Origin: Patescibacteria group bacterium UBA2135
GTDB lineage: Bacteria > Patescibacteriota > Minisyncoccia > Phycocordibacterales > UBA2135
Assembly (NCBI GenBank): GCA_002327685.1
Contig: DCXN01000003.1
Location: 6,981-70,980, forward strand
Length of the DNA: 64,000 nucleotides
Reading direction: 5' to 3'
The notes under the pieces were generated by a model. The model made no database searches, was not told the DNA's origin, and worked only from the letters and a program-made list of their open reading frames with translations. The translations under genes were made by a program, and so were the position numbers. Within the stretch, counting starts at the first letter, position 1, and each line of letters starts with the position of its first letter. Below are positions 56,624 to 64,000 of the stretch, one piece after another.

Positions 56624-57508
56624 ATGCAAGAAACTACATTGCGGAAAAGTGATTCCGTGCAACATAATGTCTCACAATTTATTGACCCCATTGACCCTAT
56701 TGAATTTGATTCCACCGCAAAGAAATTGCGGTATTTTTTTGCCTCACGAGGCTTTATTGAGGTCCCAACGCAACACCGGCTTTCTATTTTAGCGGCCTGT
56801 GAAGACCCGCAAACTATCGCAACATATTCATATCTTGGCACTAAATGGCCCCTCCCTCAGACCGGACAAATGTGGCTTGAACACGAACTCCTGAGACGGC
56901 CGGATATTCCCGGTCTTTTTTGTATAAGCTACAGCTTTCGCGCCGAACCAAACCCTATTCCCGGGCGGCACAATCTTACATTCCCTATGTTTGAGTTTGA
57001 AGCAAAGGGCGATATGGAAACACTTCGCGAACTTGAGATAGATCTCGTAGAATATTTAGGTTTCGGCGCGCGAGATTCTTTCCACGATGCCGACTACGCT
57101 GAAACAGCAGAACGTTACAATACCAAAGAACTTGAAGCTGAACATGAATTAAAACTTTACGATGAGTATGGTCCTGTCGTACTCCTCAAAGATTTTCCAC
57201 AATACACGTCACCATTTTGGAACATGAAAAAAGAAAGAGATAAGGCGCGAAAAATAGATGTTCTCCTTCACGGCGTTGAAACAATTGGCTCAGCAGAGCG
57301 TGGTACAGACCCTGAAGAAATGCGCGAACTCTTTTATACAATTTCAGATGGCATGTATGCTGACATTCTTTTTTCACAATTCGGCCGCGAGCGAGTTGAA
57401 CATGAATTAGAAGATTTCCTTTCGAATGATTTCTTCCCCCGCTGTGGCGGCGGCATCGGCATGACACGAATAATCCGCGCGCTTAATCTAACAAAAAAAA
57501 CGACTTAG
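56624..57508 (+). CDS. Class II Asn/Asp-tRNA-synthetase catalytic-domain paralog without anticodon-binding domain
   Basis: GFIEV, SFRAE...RH..F.M.EFE, ETIGSAER, GGGIG..R. Confidence 0.85.
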   Translation: MQETTLRKSDSVQHNVSQFIDPIDPIEFDSTAKKLRYFFASRGFIEVPTQHRLSILAACEDPQTIATYSYLGTKWPLPQTGQMWLEHELLRRPDIPGLFCISYSFRAEPNPIPGRHNLTFPMFEFEAKGDMETLRELEIDLVEYLGFGARDSFHDADYAETAERYNTKELEAEHELKLYDEYGPVVLLKDFPQYTSPFWNMKKERDKARKIDVLLHGVETIGSAERGTDPEEMRELFYTISDGMYADILFSQFGRERVEHELEDFLSNDFFPRCGGGIGMTRIIRALNLTKKTT

Positions 57509-57581
57509 GAAACAACAGCTAATAAGTAAAAAGCCGGAGTTTACGTCCGGCTTTTGCGCAGTATTAAATTTTTGTACAACA

Positions 57582-58859
57582 TCACTCGGAACTGTCTCGT
57601 AAAAGAGAACGCGCCATCTCAAGTTGCGCGTCATAACTAAACGGACCATTAGGATTCCGAGTGTCTTTAACGACATGATTAGGAGAAATACCAAATCCTT
57701 GAACCGACATTCTTGAATTTCCAACCAGAAACTTAAAAGTTGTAAGAATTAACCCTGAATTGTCGGCAAGCTTAAACAATGTCTGTCCTACACCCTTGCC
57801 AAACGATTTCTCTCCGACAACGAAAAAATTACCACTTGAAATACCCCAGTCTTTTATGGTACCTGCATAAATTTCAGATGCGGAGACACTGTATCCATCA
57901 ATCAAAACAGCAACTTTAAAATCGCTGAATTCTCCTGGAGACTTTCTATCTTCCGCGCTCAAAACTTTTTCTCCAGTCTTCGAGTTAGTAGATATTCCAA
58001 GTGGATTTTCAATCGTACGAACATCTTCCCCGTCTCTGGATTTTATGACAAGCATTACATCTTGTGGATTCGCGCTGAAATAATAAAGCATCTTTAGGGC
58101 TTCCGATAATTTACCACCCAAATTGCCGCGAAGATCGATGATAACGCGCGGATTGAGATTCTCCGCACGAAAAGTTCTAAGCGCAATCTCTAAGTCATCT
58201 GCCGTACCCTTTAAAAATTCACTGACACGCGCATATCCGATTCCATCCTTTAGTTCTTTAAAAAATACGGTTTGTGTTTTAGCTTTAATCCTGACTCTTT
58301 GAATCGCCGGTAATCCAATTATGTCTTCACCTCGCTTAATTGTCATGAAAACTATAGACCCAACTAATCCTCCTAGTTTTTCTGTAGCAATTTCAATATT
58401 AGTGATTTGATAAGATTCTGTCTCACCAGCTTGGCGAATATTCAAAATCTTGTCACCTGTTTGTACACCAGCATACCATGCAGGTGTACCGTCTATCACC
58501 TTCGTTATAATCACTTTTCCATTATCTTCTCTAATCTTTATCCCAATACCAACGAAATATCCACGAATATGAGATAGTTTTTTCTTAAGCTCAACAGGAG
58601 TTAAGAATTCAGAATGCCTATCAAGACATACAGATTCATTCTTTTTGTCTCCATCACCCGAAAGCGAACTTCCTGACAATTCTTTTAAAATGTCATCCTG
58701 GCATTTTGTCCAATCAATGTCATATAAATACCTCTCTTTAACAAGTTTTAAAGCATGTTCAATTACGGTAGCTTCTGTTTTCCAGTCAGCATGCGTACTA
58801 GGAATAGAAACTGTAAATAGAAAAATAAAGACTGCAACAACTTTCAAAGCAGTATTCAT
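57582..58859 (-). CDS. S41 carboxyl-terminal protease (CtpA-like)
   Basis: PDZ GIGI, IDLRGNLGG, SASE, SFGKG. Confidence 0.9.
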   Translation of the reverse strand: MNTALKVVAVFIFLFTVSIPSTHADWKTEATVIEHALKLVKERYLYDIDWTKCQDDILKELSGSSLSGDGDKKNESVCLDRHSEFLTPVELKKKLSHIRGYFVGIGIKIREDNGKVIITKVIDGTPAWYAGVQTGDKILNIRQAGETESYQITNIEIATEKLGGLVGSIVFMTIKRGEDIIGLPAIQRVRIKAKTQTVFFKELKDGIGYARVSEFLKGTADDLEIALRTFRAENLNPRVIIDLRGNLGGKLSEALKMLYYFSANPQDVMLVIKSRDGEDVRTIENPLGISTNSKTGEKVLSAEDRKSPGEFSDFKVAVLIDGYSVSASEIYAGTIKDWGISSGNFFVVGEKSFGKGVGQTLFKLADNSGLILTTFKFLVGNSRMSVQGFGISPNHVVKDTRNPNGPFSYDAQLEMARSLLRDSSE

Positions 58860-58991
58860 CTGTCAAACTCCATCACACTAAACTTCTGTTATTGTTTGTA
58901 TCACACAGAGAGCCAATAAACAAAAACATAATCAGCCTCGGGGCGACTTTTCATTATCGGGATCAAACATTAGTTATGTTACAATCAATTC

Positions 58992-59588
58992 ATGCAAAAA
59001 TATAAAGAACAGACATTTAATACCCCTGACTTAGAAGGACTGTCGACGAAACAGATTGAAATACATCTTAAGTTATACGCCGGATACGTAAATCATGTAA
59101 ATTTAATTAGAGAAAAAATCCACGAACTTGAAGCGGAAAGTAGCGAAAAACATGTATACGCTATTGCCGAGCTTCGCAGGAGATTCAGTTTTGAGTTTAA
59201 TGGAATGCGAATGCACGAATATTATTTTGAACAGTGGGAGAACGGGCCCAAAGTACCTGACGAATCGTCAGCGCTTGGACAAGCGATTTCAGAAAAATAT
59301 GGGAGTTGGGAAAAATTTATTGAACATTTTAGAGCAGTTGGTGCGACACGCGGAGTCGGTTGGACAGTCCTCTACTATGACTCTATTGGCATGACTCCAC
59401 ACACGACATGGGTTGGCGAACACGAACTCGGAGTACTCGCGGGACTCCCTGTTATATTAGCAATGGATATGTGGGAGCACGCATTTATGGTTGATTACAC
59501 TCCAATGGAAAAAAATAAATACATAGACGTATTTTTCACAAACCTCAATTGGAGCATCCCTGAAGAACGATTCAATAAAACACAATAA
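58992..59588 (+). CDS. Fe/Mn superoxide dismutase family protein
   Basis: H.KLY.GYV, MHEYYF, DMWEHA. Confidence 0.9.
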   Translation: MQKYKEQTFNTPDLEGLSTKQIEIHLKLYAGYVNHVNLIREKIHELEAESSEKHVYAIAELRRRFSFEFNGMRMHEYYFEQWENGPKVPDESSALGQAISEKYGSWEKFIEHFRAVGATRGVGWTVLYYDSIGMTPHTTWVGEHELGVLAGLPVILAMDMWEHAFMVDYTPMEKNKYIDVFFTNLNWSIPEERFNKTQ

Positions 59589-59610
59589 TCATTGAAAAAT
59601 CCCGTCCCGC

Positions 59611-61098
59611 TTACAACTGGACGGGTTTTTTCTTTACAAGATATAAGAGCGCCAGTCCATAGAGAGCGTAAACAACCACCATCACCCACACAGGAAAAGA
59701 TGGCACAGAAACAGAAGCAAACGGTAAACGTGAAAATATATCTACAATGGTAAGCTCATAACTTAAAAGAGCGTAGGCAATATATGCAAATGGTAACGAC
59801 AAAATAATGTGTACAATGCCAAACACGCCGGTTAAAAATCCGAACAACATAGTAAGTGGAATAAATGCAAGAATAAGAATATTGACAACAACGGCGACAA
59901 TACTAAACTGCCCTGTCATATATAAAAGAAGTGGCAAAACAAAAATCTGTGTTGCAATAGTTGCCGTTGCAAACTCTCTTAATCCAAATTTTTTGGGCAC
60001 AAAAGAAAATATGCCCTGCATATGCGGCGCGAGATAAATCAACCCAACCGTAGCAAGAAAAGAAAGCTGAAACGAAGCGTCAAATATTAAAATTTTGGGA
60101 TTATGCACGAGCATTGCAATACCGGCAATTAAAAGTGCTGTTGTAATAGCGTAAAGTCTCCCTGTTGCTCTCGCGAGAAGTACTAACAACGCCATGATGC
60201 TCGCGCGGACAACAGTCGCCCCTGCTCCTGTCATCAAAGCAAAGCCTACAATTCCAAACACTGAAAGCCCTAGTGCAATACCGCGCGGAGCAAATGAGGC
60301 AAGACGTCCGATCCATTCCGCGACAATAGTTACGTTATACCCCGACAAAACGACTATATGGATAATGCCGACTGCGCGAAATGCTTCAAGAAGTTCTTCT
60401 CCAAGCGATTGCTTTGCTCCGAACACGACACCACCTACAAGTGATGCATGCGGTTCAGGAAGTGTAAGCGAAACGCTTTTAAGAAGCTTATTCTTGATTA
60501 AAAAAAGCTTCTGCGCAAATATATTTCCGCCGCCAACCCCAATTTTTTCAACTTCAGGATAAAACATCTGATAAAAAACATTGTCTTTTTTCAGATACCC
60601 AACATAATCAAACACTCGATCAGAGTCGTCTTGAGCAAAATTTTCCGGCTCATCTAAAATGCCCGACACTCGTACAACATCCCCATATTGAAATTCGGGA
60701 TATTTATCTACCACTAATAAAACATTTACCTTTTCCAGAATCTGTCTATCGGGAAGTATGGCATCAGCGCGTACAGTTAATTTTGTATGTCCCTCTCTAA
60801 CATCCGGCTCACGAACAACAGCGCCCTCCAGCACAATCTGTGTATCAATATGTTCTCCAAGTGGTGGTAAAATGTCTCCGATATCAAAACGAATGGTTCC
60901 AAGAGCAAGCGCGAAAATAAAAATTCCTGCCACAACAAAATAGTGTCGATTGCGTATACTCAAAACCGTAAGAATAAAAAACGTAACAGCAAGAAAGGTT
61001 AAAAAATAAACAAAAGTATCACCAAAATCAAAAAACGAACGAAATGCAATTCCGCCCGTAAAACCAACAAACGCAACAAGAAGCCATTTATTTATCAT
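59611..61098 (-). CDS. comEC: ComEC/Rec2 competence channel (membrane part)
   Basis: HIVVLSGYN, VRA..M, SFQLSF.AT. Confidence 0.92.
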   Translation of the reverse strand: MINKWLLVAFVGFTGGIAFRSFFDFGDTFVYFLTFLAVTFFILTVLSIRNRHYFVVAGIFIFALALGTIRFDIGDILPPLGEHIDTQIVLEGAVVREPDVREGHTKLTVRADAILPDRQILEKVNVLLVVDKYPEFQYGDVVRVSGILDEPENFAQDDSDRVFDYVGYLKKDNVFYQMFYPEVEKIGVGGGNIFAQKLFLIKNKLLKSVSLTLPEPHASLVGGVVFGAKQSLGEELLEAFRAVGIIHIVVLSGYNVTIVAEWIGRLASFAPRGIALGLSVFGIVGFALMTGAGATVVRASIMALLVLLARATGRLYAITTALLIAGIAMLVHNPKILIFDASFQLSFLATVGLIYLAPHMQGIFSFVPKKFGLREFATATIATQIFVLPLLLYMTGQFSIVAVVVNILILAFIPLTMLFGFLTGVFGIVHIILSLPFAYIAYALLSYELTIVDIFSRLPFASVSVPSFPVWVMVVVYALYGLALLYLVKKKPVQL

Positions 61099-61550
61099 AA
61101 AGACAATGACATATTTTCTTTAGAATTTTCCCCTCTGTCCATCGCGTCATTTGCCAGCTTATCCGCTTTTTTATTTTTCTCGCGCCGCACGTGCGTAAAT
61201 GTAATATTTGGAAAATCAGTAACGCGCATGTTGTTCACCGCAATAAATTGCGAAAACAATGTTTCTTTTTTGACTTGATATTCACCGCGCAATTGTTTGA
61301 CAACAAGCTCACTGTCAGTATGCACTTCAACGGAAGATTTTTGGAGTTTTTCTTTTCCTAAAAATTTTTTCAGATATTGAAGCCCTAAAATAATCGCCTG
61401 ATATTCCGCCCAGTTATTAGTACGCGTACCCAAAAATTGAGATATTTCTTTTAAAACGTTCCCCTGCTCGTCCGCGATAACAACACCCGCGCCAGCAGGC
61501 CCCGGATTCCCCCTCGCACCACCATCTGTATAGATAATAACTTTTGACAT
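61095..61550 (-). CDS. rnhA: Ribonuclease HI
   Basis: TDGGARGNPGPAG, TNN.AEY, DSELVV.Q, N..AD.LAN. Confidence 0.93.
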   Translation of the reverse strand: MSKVIIYTDGGARGNPGPAGAGVVIADEQGNVLKEISQFLGTRTNNWAEYQAIILGLQYLKKFLGKEKLQKSSVEVHTDSELVVKQLRGEYQVKKETLFSQFIAVNNMRVTDFPNITFTHVRREKNKKADKLANDAMDRGENSKENMSLSL

Positions 61551-61758
61551 TTAACATTTAACATTTGACACTCAACCAGTCATTTTTTATTGGTTGATCG
61601 TCAAATATCAGATATTAGATCGTTCCAGAGGTTCAATCTCCAAACAAAACCTCCAAACAAATAATTACATTTTTAGTGTATCAGAAATTGGCTCCGCGCA
61701 AAGCGCGGAGCCAATAGTAAAGTAGCCAAGTACAAGATTCAAGACCACAATTCTCAGT

Positions 61759-62412
61759 TCAACTCGCTGGGACAATAAACGCAAACACGTTGCCAACATC
61801 CCGCCGGTCGCAAGGCTCAAACCAAGTCGCACTGAGCCAAAGACCATCATCGTGTGGACTCAAGCAGAACACGCTCGGACTGCCCTGGCGATCCTTGATG
61901 GGATTATGGGGAACAATAATATGCCGAAATCCCATTTCCTTCATCTGTCGATCCGAGACGGATTCCAGGATGCGCGGCGCAATACCCGCAAGCGGATTTC
62001 CATAGCCGTACTTTTCTGTTCCCCTCTTGCGCAGGTTGTCGTTCGTGCAGTCGGTATCGCACATGATTTCATCGGTGGGCATGAGCACGATTTGGTACTC
62101 CTGTCCCTCGACGAGCCGATGGTTCTTGTCGTAGCCGTCATGCCTCTTGCTCAAGAGGCACGATCGGGGCCAATCGTCCGTGCAGAATCCGGCGGCAGTA
62201 AGCCGCCTAAGCTCCTCCTTGCCCGTAAGGTCAAGCCCTGTGACCTTAAAGACAAAGTGACCGTGCTCGTTGCGCATGAACGAGAACGGGTTCTTGCGCT
62301 GTGTAAACAGCGCAAGTTCGTCGAGCGTAAGACCTCCATGCTGAACCTTGTGGCACAGGTCAGCAAGAAGACCAGCCAAGCGTTCGCCCGGCAAGGTTCC
62401 GATGTCACCCAT
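61759..62412 (-). CDS. Hypothetical protein, GC-richer than its flanks
   Basis: Start at MGDIG after AGGAGA; C-terminus DGLWL...FAF. Confidence 0.7.
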   Translation of the reverse strand: MGDIGTLPGERLAGLLADLCHKVQHGGLTLDELALFTQRKNPFSFMRNEHGHFVFKVTGLDLTGKEELRRLTAAGFCTDDWPRSCLLSKRHDGYDKNHRLVEGQEYQIVLMPTDEIMCDTDCTNDNLRKRGTEKYGYGNPLAGIAPRILESVSDRQMKEMGFRHIIVPHNPIKDRQGSPSVFCLSPHDDGLWLSATWFEPCDRRDVGNVFAFIVPAS

Positions 62413-62722
62413 CAGAGTTCTCCTGTTTTGCCAGTGGGCTCTCCGACTACCGGAGTTTGCCATAGCAGAAAACCCTGAGCACAATTGCAAGTTCGTTGTT
62501 GTAGGCTTATTCGTGCGAATAAGCCTACAACAACACAGTCTAAGAGCTTTCTGCTACGGCAAACATATTTCAAAATCTGCGCACACTATACCCTACTTAA
62601 TACCACCTTGTCAAAAACTTTTTTTGCACCGCACGCTAAAATCCCAACAGCAACATAAAATCTATTCTAATATTCTCAAGAATTCAAGAATAGATTCAAG
62701 CTCTTGTTTTACATCCCACGTT

Positions 62723-64000
62723 CTACGTTCTCCTTATATCAACAAGTCGCAACCGCGGCTCACGGCTTCCGCGGAAACCATTACGCTCCATGTGGACCGT
62801 GAGAGTTACCCTCTCTCCTTCTTTGAAATCAGTAAGTTTTTTGTCGGCAAAAAAAGAAATTGCTGAAACGATTTTATCATCATTATTTTTAAAAAGAAAT
62901 GTCATGTGATTTTTTTCTTTTCCGAAAAATTGTATATCGTGAATTTTGATATTTTCAAATAAAAATATTGGTTTAGGATTACCCATACCAAATGGTGCAA
63001 GTTGTTCAACAGCAGAAAGCGTACGCTCATTAACTTCGTCAAGTAAAAGTGTAGTATCAACTGGTTTGTCTTTTTGTTCAGATGTATATTTAGGCACCAA
63101 TTCACGCGCGCGCAAAAGAGCTTCTTCAAACGTATGAATCTTTTCATTATGTATTGTAAAACCACCAGCGCGCTCATGCCCTCCGAAGTCACTAAAAACA
63201 TCTCCTTCAACACCCTGCATGAACTCAACAACATGAATACTGCCATCTGAACGACATGAGCCACGAATAATGGGAGACCCTAATCGTCCCCAAAGAAATA
63301 CCGGTCGTTCAAATTCTTTAGAGAGAGTATTCGCGGCAAGACCAAGCACTCCTGGCTGCCAATTAGGATTACCGGCCACAATAATTTCTTTTATTTCATC
63401 CCTGTTTATCTTTTTTCTTGCTTCTTTTACAATACCCGCAACCACACCTTTCCTTTTATCATTCAAACGATTCAATTGTTTAAGCGTTTCCAGCGCCGCC
63501 GTCTCGTCACGTTCAGAAAGAAAATTAAACCCTAAAACAGGGTCATCCATCCTGCTTGCGGCATTAATACGTGGGCCAATCACAAACCCAATGTCATCTT
63601 CAGTTAAAAATCTCTGATTAATATACAAATTTCTGAACAAGCGCATGAGACCGGGACGAGGACTCTTGCGAAGCACTTTAAGCCCAAAGTGAGCAAGTAC
63701 TCTATTCTCTCCAACAAGTGGAACCATGTCCGAGACAGTTGCAATGGCAACCATGTCCAAAAGCCACTTCTCCCAACCATCATGGATATCAAAAATTTCC
63801 TTTTCTTTTCCTTTCTGTATCACGCCTTGAAGAAATTTAAACGCGACACCACATCCGCATAATTCTTTAAATGGATACTCATCCCCTTTTTGATGAGGAT
63901 TTAATATCGCATATGCTTTTGGAAGATCTTCGGAAACTTCACCTGCTTTATCACGAGGCAAATGGTGGTCAGTTATAATTACATCAATATCCAAAGTACG
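62723..64000 (-). CDS. recJ: ssDNA exonuclease RecJ (5' end outside window)
   Basis: ITDHH, LCGCGVA, PRINAASR, GGH..AGG, PFGMGNP.P. Confidence 0.95.
   Translation of the reverse strand, partial: RTLDIDVIITDHHLPRDKAGEVSEDLPKAYAILNPHQKGDEYPFKELCGCGVAFKFLQGVIQKGKEKEIFDIHDGWEKWLLDMVAIATVSDMVPLVGENRVLAHFGLKVLRKSPRPGLMRLFRNLYINQRFLTEDDIGFVIGPRINAASRMDDPVLGFNFLSERDETAALETLKQLNRLNDKRKGVVAGIVKEARKKINRDEIKEIIVAGNPNWQPGVLGLAANTLSKEFERPVFLWGRLGSPIIRGSCRSDGSIHVVEFMQGVEGDVFSDFGGHERAGGFTIHNEKIHTFEEALLRARELVPKYTSEQKDKPVDTTLLLDEVNERTLSAVEQLAPFGMGNPKPIFLFENIKIHDIQFFGKEKNHMTFLFKNNDDKIVSAISFFADKKLTDFKEGERVTLTVHMERNGFRGSREPRLRLVDIRRT

Overview
This window looks like part of a Patescibacteria/CPR (Parcubacteria-like) chromosome. 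That is inferred from the alpha2-type GlyRS, the split ComEC, large Thr/Gly-rich surface proteins with peptidoglycan-binding repeats and many small ORFans. Core genes: rplJ-rplL with an L10 leader, ftsK, recA, rpsF-ssb-rpsR, tatD, metG, glyQS, an ABC-F, comEC, rnhA and a partial recJ. Accessory content: single-gene cassettes, HicBA and RelBE-type toxin-antitoxin pairs, and a REP-associated tyrosine transposase (RAYT). The most unusual signals are non-coding. (1) A standalone ~140-nt RNA (51699-51838) with its own promoter and terminator carries a near-exact copy of 23S rRNA helix 69 and is divergent from the ABC-F gene. (2) A RAYT-linked family of REP doublets has spacers made of tandem DnaA-box-like 9-mers. 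(3) A family of two-ended elements built from GNA-loop DNA hairpins and ACCCCC inverted repeats occurs empty, nested, or carrying a GIY-YIG nuclease between the L10 leader and rplJ. (4) Inverted heptamer arrays fill operon spacers, short palindromes are inserted in frame in proteins, and diverged duplicates of gene ends flank inserted cassettes. All calls were made by eye; no searches or folding programs were run.
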